Shown: in pieces, positions 12,627 through 26,203 of the stretch | Position numbering within the stretch: the stretch's first letter is position 1 | How the letters are laid out: every line of letters starts with the position of its first letter | NCBI RefSeq assembly: GCF_006345805.1 | Contig: NC_043009.1 | Location: forward strand, 24,180,001 to 24,244,000 | Reading direction: 5' to 3' | Source of the DNA: Octopus sinensis | Taxonomy: Eukaryota | DNA length: 64,000 nucleotides | Position numbers and translations under genes: made by a program | The notes under the pieces: generated by a model | What the model saw: the letters and a program-made list of their open reading frames with translations, nothing else | Databases searched by the model: none | What the model was told of the DNA's origin: nothing

Positions 12627-12899
12627 TATTCGAGAGAATTCGGTGGCTTTTTCTGAAGGTCAAGCAAACATGAAATTTGGCTGCTGCGTTTAGCAAACCA
12701 TTAAGATTATAGGAGCGGTTATTTATTTATTCGCAAAATTCTCTTTCCAAGCTTCTTATAGAGGATACTCCAAGGTCAGAGTTATCATTATTAATATATG
12801 TATGTATGTATGTATTTACGTGTATATATAAACATACATATATATATGTGTATGTATAAATAAATATACGTATATATATGTATATAAATGTATATATAT

Positions 12900-13957
12900 A
12901 GTGTTTTGGGACCACTACTATTCCTAATGGCCCTCTCAGACATGCCCTCAGCCACGCAGAGAGCCACGATCACAAGTTATGCAGATGATACAAAAGTTTC
13001 ACAGGCAATACAGAACCCTGAGGACACTAAACGCCTGCAATGTGAGCTGGACAAAATATACAAGTGGGCTGAAAAGAATAGCATGCAGTTCAATGCTGAA
13101 AAGTTTCAAGCTTTATACTATCAGCATGCAAAACTAAATGCAATACCCAATGAATACACTGGACCTGGAGGAATTGCAATCCCAGAGGCACAATCAGTGC
13201 GTGACCTGGGTATTTACATGAGTGATGACGCAACCTTTCGTGTACATGTTGCTAAATTGGCAATGAAATGTAGACGACTGGCCGGATGGATTCTCAGAAC
13301 CTTTAGAACAAGAGAACAAGAAACCATGATGGTCCTCTGGAGGACACTTGTCCTAAGCAACTTTGACTATTGCTCTCAACTATGGTCACCATCCAGTGTC
13401 AAGTTGATCACAGAACTTGAGGCGATCCAACGTAGCTACACGAAGAAGATAGCCTCTATGCAGAATATAAGCTACTGGGAAAGACTCAAGAGATTAAAAC
13501 TCTATTCCTTGGAACGTAGGCGAGAAAGATATGCCATAATATACATCTGGAAAATCCTGGAGGGACTTGTCCCAAACTTTGGCATCGAGAGTTACACAAA
13601 TGCCAGAACTGGGCGCCACTGCGTGGTGCCTAGAACTCCAAATTTGCCATCAAGATGTAGGACAAGATACTATGATAGCCAGGGCTTCCGAGGCCCACAG
13701 CTCTTCAATATCCTCCCGAAGAACCTAAGAAACCTGCATGGGGTGGATGCAGATGTCTTTAAAATGAAACTGGATCTCTTCCTGTCAGGTATCCCAGATG
13801 AACCAACTTCACGGCAGGAGGTGCAGATGAGGGCAGCTGCATCGAACTCTCTCATGCCCCAAATGGCAGTTGCTAAAAAGCATTCGTGAAGTAAAACCAT
13901 GTAGCAACACCAAATGGCGGTGCCCCAGCATGGCCACAGCTCATGAGCTGAAACTAG

Positions 13958-13958
<1 letters not shown>
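12900..13958 (+). mobile_element. CR1/L2-group LINE, 5'-truncated (RT C-terminal half + 3' UTR), (TCAA)n tail
   Basis: ORF 12888-13889: LGPLLF, YADDTK, RDLGI, LYSLERRRERY; short 3' UTR then (TCAA)n. Confidence 0.9.
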
Positions 13959-14038
<80 letters not shown>

Positions 14039-14069
14039 CTTTTTCACAAAGCTGAAGCACTGCATTTAG

Positions 14070-14387
14070 TCGGAAAAATCTACTTCAGGACTTATTCTTT
14101 GTAAGCCTGGTACTTATTCCATCGCTTTCTTTTGCGAACCGTTGAGTTACGGGGACATGAATACACCAACATCGTTTCTGAAGTGATGTTGGTGGAGACA
14201 AACACAGACACTCAAACATGTGCGCACGCGCACACAGACACACATATTTATATGACAGGCTTCTTTCAGTTTCCATCTACCAAATCTACACTGAAGGTAC
14301 CAGGCACTGAACCCGGAACCATGTGGTTGGTAAGCGAGCTTCTTACCACAGAGCCACTACTGTGTGTGTGTGTGTGTGGTGTGTGTA

Positions 14388-14478
<91 letters not shown>

Positions 14479-14724
14479 CACACATATATATATATATATA
14501 TATATATTATAATATATATATATGCATACACACACACACAAAGGAGTGGCTCTGTGGTAAGAAGCTCGCTTACCAACCACATGGTTCCGGGTTCAGTCCC
14601 ACTGCCTGGTACCTTCAGTGTAGATTTGGTAGATGGAAACTGAAAGAATCCTGTCATATAAATGTGTGTGTGTCGCGTGCGCACATGTTTGAGTGTCTGT
14701 GTTTGTCTCCACCAACATCACTTC
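14070..14724. mobile_element. SINE family B (-) plus its head-to-head inverted duplicate (+) across an (AT)n spacer
   Basis: Arms 14180-14357 and 14545-14724 share a private internal deletion. Confidence 0.85.
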
Positions 14725-15372
14725 ATATATACATATGATCTCTACGGCGTGTCTGTTTCGAACTCAAAATCTTTATCGACAACACTTTCTTAGAATTTCT
14801 TATGTCAGCACTTTTCTGTTTGAATTCTTAAATCATTAGCTTTTATTTTCAGTCGGAAAGCCAAGCAAATAATATATTTCATAATAGGTCGACACAAAGA
14901 GCAGAAATTGCAAATAGAGGCTTCGGGCATTTTATTCCTCTTTACATCATGCACACTCGGATTTAGCTTTTGGATGCAATTAACGTACTGCAGCTGGTGC
15001 ATTTAAAGTAATGGGATGTGGCAAAACCAAGCTGGATGAAAAACTGGAGCCGTAGTGGTATTACTACGATGGTTATATTTATTACCACTAGCTCACGCGC
15101 ACGCACAAACACACATGTACAGTCATACAAACACACTGACAGGCATGGAGAGACACACTGTTGGTATGGTGACTCATTGAAGTAAGTGACATGAACCACA
15201 GTTGTATGTCAAATAACAAGAGTTTAGCGACGACAGTTAGTTAAACAGCTGAGTCTTGTTGTCATCGTAGTATATCTGCGCAAAATAAATAACACACACC
15301 TATAGTCATCCTTACATGGACATGCAAATACACACACCGCATATACGCATATGTGCATGGACACCGACACAC

Positions 15373-15411
<39 letters not shown>

Positions 15412-15450
15412 TATACACATATATATATATGCGTATTCACACGTATACTA

Positions 15451-15498
<48 letters not shown>

Positions 15499-15753
15499 AA
15501 TATATATATACATACATATATACATATTTATATATATATATATTATATATATTGGTAGATATATATCCATATATATATATGTGTGTGTGTTTGTGTGTAT
15601 ATATATTCTATATTTACACATACATATATATCTGTTTATATATATCTTTATCGCTGTCTATCTATATTTATATCTATATACATGTAAATAAATATACATA
15701 TGTATTATTTATATATTTATATATGTGCGTGTATACACATACACACACACACA

Positions 15754-15788
<35 letters not shown>

Positions 15789-16395
15789 ACACACACACAT
15801 GCACGTATGCGTGGATCCTCACATATATATGTATGCATACAAAGATGTCTAGTTTTGTTGTCCACACCCACTTAACCGTATGAATATATATATTTTTATG
15901 TAATTATAAATGCATACTATGTTACTAATATTTATTTTGTTGTCTCCATGAAATACTTTTTGTTGCATCTAAATATTAGTTTCACTAGAAATGTAGTTTC
16001 CTATGTACGTATCGGTTACTTTCCTATGCAGTAGAATTCGACATCAAATGTGGATATCTTAAATTTTTGCTTCCACTTGTTAGGTATGACATATGTTCAT
16101 ATACGCATGTTCCTGAAATCTCATTCCGCCATTTCTCACATATGAATTAGAGATCTGGTAATGATGACGCTTGTATGTATTTTCCATTCGCTGTGGTATA
16201 TTTGACGAGAATAATCTAATCGTTTTTGTATTTTCTCGTAGGGGTGGCTGTGTGGTAAGTAGCATGCTTCCCAACTACATGATTCCGGGTTCAGTCCCAC
16301 TGCGTGGCACCTTGAGTAAGTGTCTTCTACTATAGCCTCGGGCCGACCAAAGCTTTGTGAGTGGATTTGGAAGATGGAAACTGAAAGAAGCCTGT

Positions 16396-16424
<29 letters not shown>

Positions 16425-16426
<2 letters not shown>

Positions 16427-16775
16427 ACTATGGACTCCGTGTGGGCAGTCATCTAAGAGTTTTTGTTCATCTTGATGCTGACATAAGTTCCTTGTTTTTC
16501 CTGATGAGAAGGCGGCATAATGCACCCCTTATTCCTTCGAAATTAGGAATATGCAGCCTTTGAAACATATGTCGAGAATAAAGGAATTTTGTTAAATCGT
16601 CGTTCAACTCCATTCTTTCATTTATTTGTATTAAAAAAACACACAAATTTCCACACGAAAGCACGTGATCTCTGCCCTTGGCATGTAGCTTCAACCGTGT
16701 TTCCCTGACGTGAATTTGCTACCCAGGTATCGGTTAACCGAATTATCCATACTAAGATAATTCATTCAACTACTT
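16425..16775 (+). mobile_element. PLE-pLTR-like element, family P2
   Basis: Homologous to 43140-43445 (shared CGTTCAACTCCATT and TTTGCTACCCAGGTATCGGTTAA); TA-flanked. Confidence 0.75.
16486..16588 (+). ncRNA. Type-I hammerhead ribozyme motif, canonical core, long stem II
   Basis: TTTTC-CTGATGA-GAAGGC...GCCTTT-GAAAC-ATAT-GTC-GAGAA; stem I extends to ~15 bp. Confidence 0.85.
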
Positions 16776-19610
16776 AAATATATATATGTATGTATGTATA
16801 TGTGTGTGTGTGCATGTATATGTTTGTGTGTTTACGTCCCCGTCACTTAGCGGTTCGGCAAGAGAGACCGATAGAATAAGTACTAAGATTACAACGAATA
16901 AGTCCTGGGGTCGATTTGCCCGACTAGAGGTGGTGCTCCAGCATGGCCACAGTCAAATGACTGTAATGACGGAAACAAATAAAAGAAAAAAAAATGAAAA
17001 AAAAAAAATGAGTATTTATTATGAACACAATTCAATGAGGAAAGGGAACTTTAAAACCCTGCGATGTTTCAAACCCTATTGTGTGCCTTCATGGAAACCA
17101 GTACATCACCAATTAATCTAAAAAAATACAGGCAATTGCTTATAGAAATCAGCAAACAAATTATTTGATGATACATGTTGTGGTCTGCGAAAACAATACT
17201 AATATTAAAGGTGCAGACTGCAGTCTTATAAATTCTCCTTACACTAGTTAATCTTGTATGTCATGAGGAGATGTTCTGTGATGATGAAAAGCAACAGCGA
17301 TCAGATATATATGTTGAAACCGGCCTGTACCTATTAAGAATGGATATGTTATTGTTTTCATATCTACTGTTCTGTGTGCGCCTGATGAATTTAGTTTTGT
17401 TATTTTCCTCGATATGCAAGTTGCATATCTGAAACTGGTAAAATTATGTAGGGGGTGTAAATTTTGATCTTGCACCACCTGGAAATTCCAAGGGGTGCAA
17501 GGGGTGCAGGTGCACCCGCTGCACCCCCTGTTCCTGGGCCCTTGTATGCAACACATATAAACAAACCTAAGTTGGGGCTCAACAATAACAACAGCTTCAA
17601 CAACAGCAACATGAACAAGGATATACAAGAAATTACTAATATCTCTATTGCTTTCTCATCTCAGAATCAAAGCTAGAAATTTCAAATAGTTACCAGTTTT
17701 CAGTGAGCAATAATTGAACATAAAATTGTTTCTCATTCTCCTTGTTTTCTTTAGAAATTCAGCGGTATTTGTAATTTAATGACTTACCCTATAATTTTCA
17801 ACTGATGAATTAATATTTCACGTTGGGTTAATGCTGTCTTGTCGAATTGGAATTTGATTCCATTTTGCTCTTCACTGCGTTAAGTATTTGGATTAAAGCT
17901 TAACGTGTCATGGTTTAAGCAACGTGTCGAGCTATTTACAGAAACCACAGGACAGCGATATTGGTGGGTACAATATTTCATAACACAAAATACATAGAGA
18001 TTAATGCCGGAATGTTTAACATTTATGATGTATATCGAAAGGTGGAACGGTAATAGCTGTGATAATTTTTCTTAGAGAAACATCTCAAAGAATAATGTAT
18101 GTTGAAACCACAATGCTTTTCAAAGAGCGCCGCTGGATTGTCATATACGGTGTTTTGACGTGAAACCTCCTTGTATTTAACACACAAGTCTCCTTCGGAT
18201 GTTTCTCTGAGACGAAATATTACAGTTAATACCGTTCCACATTTGTATGCACATTATAAATGTACATGCCAGCATTTTAGGCTGTTTCAGGTACACATAT
18301 ATCAATTAATTCTACCCTCATTAAATTTCACGCAAAACAACAGATGATTTATTTATGATTTCGGTTTAGTCCAAAACGTCCGGGTTCTCATAACTGAAGA
18401 GACTAACTCAGATCAAAACAACCTGTCTGGTAAACAACTGGTGGTTTGAAGTGTGGTTTCAATACACAAAACTCTTAGATAAACTATTACAGTTAATCGG
18501 TTTGAAGTTGCTATACAAACAATAATTGTTATATTGAATAGGATTTTAACCTAACTTTGTTCCAAGTTCATATGTTAACTTGAATGAAATTAATACTGAT
18601 TATGCAAACATATATAAGAAAATAATATAGTTTGTATACTAAAGATTATAATAATGATTAGAAAAAATCTTAACAAGACTTATGCAAAGTGATAGTATGT
18701 CGTCAATTTGATAGTCAACGTGATAGTCCCATGAAAGGGAAGAACGTTACTGTTATTTAGCCCTAGGAAACACCGTTTCCTGTTGGGCTTGACACATTTC
18801 CTGTGTCCTTATGTTTTCAAATTGGAGACAAACACCTCCAACCAGCAAAGCCAGCATCCAGTGACTGCTCATCATCATGTTGCTGTTGTCGATGCCTACC
18901 CGCCTTCAAAATGTCTTCAGTTATTCATCATGTGTAGTGTAGTGTATATTCCCAAACATACACATAAAGGTACTTAACAAAATTATTTCTTTCAAATATG
19001 GACTTCTTGCAGTAAAATTAGTTAATTAATTCTATAAAATAATTTTAAATATACTTAGCATAAAAATCTAGACTTATGTGCCCCGCCCTAAACAATCTCT
19101 TTCATAGAGAAATATTATGCTGCGCTGGAAAAAAACGGTTATTGAATTAATTTACTTCAGGCTGATATAAAAATAGAAAATGAAGGGTAAAACAGATAAA
19201 TTTTCAACGCATAGAGTAACGCATTTCATTGGTCAAATGTAACCCACGGAGTGCCGGCAGAATGAATGTCGCTTTTGCATAAGTAAATTTACATCTCAGC
19301 GCTGTTGCATGTATTGTGATGTTACGATATTTCGTACATTTGACACAATCTAATAGACAGAAATGAATAATAAATAAATAATATGTGATGGATGATGTAA
19401 TACAAGTAATGTAATCCACGACAGGAAATATAAGAAATAATGCATATATATTTGCTTAATCACTATTTGAGCGGAGAGGCGCATTGGAATCGTGTTGAGC
19501 TTCTAACCTAGATGTCCAATGATCAAAACTAAGCTCCGCTAACAAATGCATGCTACCTTTGATATTTAAACAGACCAACTGTGTTTATAATTATACAAAT
19601 CATAAACATG

Positions 19611-19659
<49 letters not shown>

Positions 19660-20489
19660 CATAATGGTATATAAACTTATAAAGAGTCACGGAGTCACAA
19701 ACTAACCAAGGTACACGAAAACCCAAGTAGCAGGTTGTGGTGGGAGACAACAACTACATGGCTTTTCACTTAGAATATAAAAATTCACGTACGTGGATAC
19801 ATAGGAAACATTTCTTTGATACGCTGGTAGCTAAGATAAAAAATTAAAGTAAATATATTGAAGTATATATTTGAATATATATCATAGAGAAATATCTTCA
19901 CTCATAGAAGGGCACAAACCAAGATATGTTCTTTGACTTATTCGTAATCAAAATACTATTAACATATATATTAAAATCTTGATCAGATAACCCTTGTTTC
20001 TTGGCTCAACAACTGGGGTGGACTACATCAGTTATATGTTTACTCCAAATTTATGACCTCTTGCCTACATTAGAAATAAATATGATACGAACCTGAAGAA
20101 CAGCGCTGATCCGAATCTGCCCAATTGCGGATGATTAGTTACGTCTTTTTACGTTCTGTGTTTGAACTGTTCCTGGTTCGATTTCAATTTCAACCTTCTA
20201 CAACTTGTTAAAATGTATATAGTCGAGTTTTACCTTGCTTCGCCTTCGTCGCTCAAAGTTCTGATGGATCGGTATGGGCACTGTTTTGACGAACCATATC
20301 CTCCAGTCCTGATCACATCCGATTTAAGTTATACATACACACATACATACATACATACATACATACATACATACATACATACATACATACATACATGCAT
20401 ACATGCATGCATACATACATACATACATACATACATACATACATACATACATAGTCATAATATATGTTTCTATATGGTTGTGAAAAGAG

Positions 20490-21590
20490 GGAAAACTAAA
20501 CCAGACTAGCAACATCTCCAACAACGACTTAACTGTTTCCCGTATATCTGATGAGGAATGTTACAGGTATCTAGGGTGGATGAAAACATATCTTACAATG
20601 ACACTTGTAACAAAGCATGTGTCACTAAAGAATAGTATAGCCAAATAAAATAAATTTGGACTTAAATAAAATAGTGGCCCACAATGTGTTTGTTTACAGT
20701 GCCAGTACGCATGCCAACATTTGGGCTGCTTGATTGGACTCTTGATGAAATCCGAGCCATTGGTGGGAGAACCCGGAAAATACTAACAAGCACACAATTT
20801 CCACATCAACAGTGACGTATATCGTCCCTACCTAAAACAAAAAACAAGGTGGCAGAGGCCTAACATCGATCCAAACTGTCTTTGAATATTGTATCTTATC
20901 TTTTCGGCAATATCTTTTAACCACCAAGAGTCAAAGTGTATCCTTTAACCAAGTTTGCATGAATGAGGCTGATAACATCATAAGACTTGGAAGGCAGCTC
21001 CTTGGCAACATTCCTTGTCTGACAACCTTAAATACTCACCTAAAGAAATCGCATGAATCTACAGCAATATATCATCAGATGAAAGAATGAGCATATATAA
21101 GCAGAAGACTATGCATGGATATCCTAGTAGAACTCTCTAGTAGAAGGGTATGCATTTGCAATCCAAGAACAGGAAATATGAACCAAATGCCTGATGCAGA
21201 AAAGGGCTAGAGATGCAGGAAAAACAGTAAAATGTGACATCCGATGAAGATTTTGTGGAGTTAACCCCGAAGATATCACCCACATCATAAGTAGTTGTCC
21301 GAAAATGTCATCATTGTATTATCTACCGATGAGACACAGTGTTGTAGCTGGGATACTGTATAAAGAGAACCGTCGATAGGATAACCCCGAGGACAGCCAT
21401 AGCCACACGTAATAAAAAGAAATACTGGTGGACTGTCCCAGTGAAAACCTCAATAAAATGTAAACATAATAGAGCTGATGTAAGGAAAGTGAAGCCGCGT
21501 ACATTTGTGGAAATCAGCTGCCCAGCTGAGGTTGATATAAAGCTGAAGATTATTGAAAAGGGAATACCTACACTGACTATACATATCTTG
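20490..21590 (+). mobile_element. Decayed R4-like RLE LINE (RT C-terminus to RLE), many frameshifts
   Basis: Manual translation shows YRYLG, MPTFGLLDWTLDEIRAI, a QGGRGL-like motif and a CD-RCRFCG-like knuckle. Confidence 0.7.
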
Positions 21591-21634
21591 TCTTTTATCT
21601 ATTACTGGCTTCCATCATTAGATTACGGTCACGC

Positions 21635-21816
21635 TGGAGCACCGCTTTACTACTTTGAAAGATTTTAGTGGAAGAATTAGACATAAGTACTTATTTTATT
21701 TTTTAAAGCCTGGTATCTATGGTATCAGTTTCTTTTTGCCGAATCACTATATTACAGGGGTCTAAGCACACCAAATTCAGTTGTCAAACGGTGGTGGAGG
21801 ACAGAAAAAAGACTCG

Positions 21817-21830
<14 letters not shown>
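21635..21830 (-). mobile_element. SINE family B tail
   Basis: GCTGGAGCACCGC, TTGTCAAACGGTGGTGG. Confidence 0.65.
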
Positions 21831-21874
<44 letters not shown>

Positions 21875-22047
21875 CATACACACATACATATATCAAATAC
21901 AAACTTGAAAGAGCTACCAATAGTTTTATGCTGTTATGATACTTGAACAGGCATATTTATGTATCTTAAAACCATCTTTCAGGCTCAGTTTATAGGTTAT
22001 ATATAATTTGTTTCTATATATGTGCCTGTGTACGTATGTGTGTACAT

Positions 22048-22086
<39 letters not shown>

Positions 22087-22660
22087 AATATATATATATA
22101 TGCGGGAAAGAATAAATTCAAGTAGAACAATTCAAAACTTTTTGGGGAGTCCAAAAAGAAATATTTCTAATAAATATTCATCATATCAAAATGATATCCT
22201 GCTAAAACAACCAATTCAAATATGAAAATATCAAGTAATAAGTTTGTTATAGGCATGTATAAGATAAAATCTTATATAAAACACTACTAACAATTATTAA
22301 AATGGATAAGAGATGTTAAAAGTTCAAATTTGAAATTTTCGTAATTCTAGGTGTACGAATTCGACTTTGACTTCGACTCCAGGTATAACTCAATTTATAT
22401 CACGTGCGGAAGTGGGTTAGATTCAATAACTTATTAAATATTCTTTTATCGAAATTCTTCCTCGTATCTGATCAGAAATTAGCAATACTGTGAAATATTG
22501 TTGAATATTTAAAGTCCAGCATGAACGGAATACAACATCCGATCTCGATTCGCTTGATTTCTACACCGGTAAAAATTTCGATAAATGCATAACTGTCACA
22601 TAATCGCATAATCTCATTTCTTCGACTAAGTGTAAAGCAGGTACTTTTGAAAGGAGGAAC

Positions 22661-22745
<85 letters not shown>

Positions 22746-22746
22746 G

Positions 22747-22805
<59 letters not shown>

Positions 22806-22819
22806 TATTATTATTATCA

Positions 22820-23054
22820 TTATTCAGGGACCTTTTGAACGAGATGGGTTACTCGGCCAGAAAAAATTCTAACTGGGCCCCACCTGCAAAGTCATGCGCT
22901 GTTTATCTTGATATGAGATCACCATGTCGCGCACATATGGTTGTGATGCATGTGCCTGGTGCACCCTTATCAGACGTGTAGTCATGATGGGTATACTAGG
23001 TTTCGTATATCTTACCCCAGTGTCACTTTGATAGCATGCACTGCTCTCTCACTC
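22820..23054 (+). mobile_element. ~560-bp element, 3' half, within (AAT)n
   Basis: Matches 9765-10005. Confidence 0.85.
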
Positions 23055-23113
<59 letters not shown>

Positions 23114-24122
23114 TAATAATATTAATAATAATAATAAAATTATAACCATAATAATGATCGATTTTCGAAGCATCCTCGCATCGTACAGCTTTCTAAAGCT
23201 TTCGATGAAAGCATGGTTGTCACATAATCTAATTTCGACTTCTTTACCTCAGTATAAAATAAAATGAGTGCTTTTGAATGTAAGAAAAATAATAATCAAT
23301 ATTCGAAGCATTGTCGCATCACACGCCATTCATTGTAGCATCACAACCATTGTAGAATCAAACCTTTGTAGAGTCTTGTCATAGCACTATTATTCCAACG
23401 TACCGTTGTATTATCTAGATGTTCCTCACCGAAAACATTTTGTTGCGTTTGTTTGCTTGGTTGTTTGTCTTTTTTTGTTTTAAATTTTTAGATTTTTATT
23501 TATTTATATATTTTTGTATTTTTGATATGTTGTTCAGGTTTTTGAATTGACTTAGTCATTACTGCCATCTCTTACGCACTGCAGTAGTCTGGAACCAACG
23601 AAACAAAATTTATATCTCACACTTGTATGGTTTTCAACAATGGAATAACCACACATCAATAACCGTCTCACTCACTCACTCACTCATTCACTCACCCACC
23701 CACACCCGCACTCATTCATTCAGTCAGTCACTCACTCACTATTTTATCTCCCTCCCCCTTCTCCCTCGCATCTTTCTCCTCCAACTCTCTCTACCTCTGT
23801 CCCATTTGAGGTCTCTTGTTATATTTCAGGTCATATAAATAGTTTCCTCTTCTAGACTCACCGTGTTTTTACTGTCCACAACTTTTCTGTTTTTGTTTTG
23901 CATTTTTATTTTTGAATTTTCTTTCTCTTTTGTTTTATTTATTTATTTGAAATTTAATGTTCATTGCTTTTTTTTATATTTCTCTAGCCACTCTTGTCTC
24001 GCAAGAATATTTGTCTTTTTTTCTTTTTGTTAATATTTCTACAACAATGCTTGTCTCGCAACAATTGATCTTATTTCCAACTGGGTCTCTTAAAGTAGAC
24101 CATACTTCATATATATATATAT

Positions 24123-24228
24123 ATTCCCTAAATTTACTGAAACGTTTTGAAACCCTGAGCTAACATATATATATATATATATATTTGTTGGCTCAGGGTT
24201 TCAAAACGTTTCAGTAAATTTAGGGAAT
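24123..24228. repeat. 43-bp inverted repeat around an (AT)n spacer
   Basis: 24123-24165 versus 24186-24228, about one mismatch. Confidence 0.85.
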
Positions 24229-24292
24229 GATTTCTGTCTAAGTATTTCACGACCAAGTTGGTTCGATTCCAGTATGAAGAAATGTATGTAGG

Positions 24293-24485
24293 GCAGTGAG
24301 CTGGCAAATTTGTCAGCACACCGGGTAAAACCCTTAGCGGCATTTCGTCCGTCTTTACATACCGTATTCAAATACTTCCGGTCAAAACTTTGCTTTCATT
24401 CTTTCTAGATCGACAAAATAACTACCAGTTGAGCACTGAGGTTGATATAATCGATTTAACCGCTCCTAAAAATTTGAAACCAATA
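24293..24485 (+). mobile_element. SINE family A, diverged
   Basis: GAGCTGGCAAATTTGTCAGCAC head and body motifs. Confidence 0.65.
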
Positions 24486-25185
24486 TAAAGAAATGTATCA
24501 GTATTTCCATACATTCTTTTAAACAAGTTGATCTTCACAGAAAACTCATGCACAACTGAGCGACCAAATCAGCGATTCAATTTCAATTCAAACTTGTAAC
24601 TATTTAACCAATCACCTATTCAACCTATATAATGTTCAGCATCATTGCATGAACACCACCAAATCTCATTTAAACAGTTATGAAGAATAAGAACACGATC
24701 AAGGTAGCACTTTTTGCGATTTTGATTCAGTTTAAAACTGCTAATAATGACATAAACGCCTTGCTTACTGAACACATTTTGCGCCATATCTTCTTTTGTA
24801 CTCCCAATCTAATTTTGTTCTGCATTTAAAAACTTTCAAAGCGTATAATATATTTATATATCAATGGGACAAGAACGCAATAGAGGGCATTAAAACGTTC
24901 GGACAGATAGACGACACAAAGGCGGATGAAAGAAACCACAATTAGGAGGACAGGCAAAAAAATACGGGTCATTCTTGGCTTTCTTTCATCAGTCAAGTAC
25001 CAGAATTCACGACCATTTCAGACAGTTACTCGTGAGATTGTTCGATCTGGTTGTCTCCCAAAATGTCTAACCTAAGAGCATTATACCCATTTGTAAGAAA
25101 GCTAGCGAATTTTTACGGCAACAGAGATGAAAAAAAAAAGCAAACAAACAAAAAAAAGAACATGCTACACAATTACGAATACAGT

Positions 25186-25565
25186 GTAGGCGGAATGGCC
25201 CAGTGGTTAGGGCAGCGGACTTGCAGTCGTGGGATCGCGTTTAGATTTCCAGACCGGGCGTTGTGAGTGTTTATTGAGCGAAAACACCTGAAGCTCCATG
25301 AGGCTCTAGCAGGGGGTGGTGGCGAACCCAGCTGCACTCTTTCACCACAACTTTCTCTCACTCTTTCTTCTTGTTTCTATTGTACCTGTATTTGAAAGGG
25401 CCAGCGTTGTCATACACTGTGTCACGCTGAATCTCCCCGAGAACCACATTTGGGGCACACGTACTTGTGGAGTGCTCAACCACTTGCACGTTAATTTCAC
25501 GAGCAGGCTGTTCCGTTGATAGGATCAACTGGAACCCTCGTCGACGCAACCGACGGAGTGCCGAA
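25186..25565 (+). mobile_element. tRNA-derived SINE family D
   Basis: tRNA-like head GGCGGAATGGCCCAGTGGTTAGGGCAGCGGAC; unrelated body and 3' tail. Confidence 0.7.
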
Positions 25566-25751
25566 ACGATATGTGTATATATATATATGTAATATTTTGG
25601 ACTAATGGATATATGTCGATTAGATTGTTAATGTGTTGAGTAAAGCACTTGCACGGTTTGGGTTACCTGATGTCACCCGTAGTTAGGGCATATTTCTGCT
25701 GGATCTACTCCAAGAATTCCGCAGTATTAGTTGAGATAATAATAATTAAGT

Positions 25752-26160
25752 AACCAGAAATTGGATGTGGTGCTAGTCTTTATTTTGTACGGTGATTGTT
25801 TTGACCCATCCTGCTGCTGTCCCTTATGCGTAGGACTCCGTGCATTCGTGTTTTATTGCATCTATTTTCGGTTTTGGTTACATCAGGTACATTCATACAT
25901 AAAGTGGTGACTCAATAAAAATCTTGATTTTGGGCGGTCATTTTATTTGCTTGACAAGAAAATAAAAACATGACCACTCGAACTCAAGATCTTTAGCGAG
26001 ACACGACTTTTGTAAGGATGTACCTGATGTGACCCAGACTGCAAAACGGATACAACACAATATGATGCACAGAATCTCACCCATAAGAATCTGTAGTAGG
26101 ATGGATCGAAATGAACGTACTACAAAATAAAGACTAATACCAAGTCCATTTTTTGGCTAA
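25752..26160. repeat. Old imperfect ~400-bp foldback (MITE-like)
   Basis: Arms align in reverse complement at roughly 70% by eye, e.g. GGTTACATCAGGTACA / TGTACCTGATGTGACC. Confidence 0.65.
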
Positions 26161-26203
26161 TATATATATATGAACAAAATAAGAATAAACAAAAACAAAT
26201 TAC

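Larger units (their letters stand above)
16240..16990 (+). mobile_element. SINE family B split by a ~350-bp insertion in its (TA)n
   Basis: Head 16240-16400, tail 16800-16990. Confidence 0.8.

Noticed and set aside
17430-17545. GC-rich GGGGTGCA repeats resembling a hAT-type terminus
   Set aside because: Only one end is visible, with no TIR partner or TSD
20548-20554. CTGATGA motif
   Set aside because: Lies in LINE coding sequence with no supporting stems
24930-25030. Minus-strand CTGATGA within a 15-bp inverted repeat
   Set aside because: The core is sequestered in the hairpin and I could not build a consistent hammerhead
25186-25260. tRNA-like sequences at SINE heads (also 648, 2189, 16240)
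   Set aside because: They have A/B boxes but no complete cloverleaf, and continue into repeat bodies, so they are SINEs and not tRNA genes
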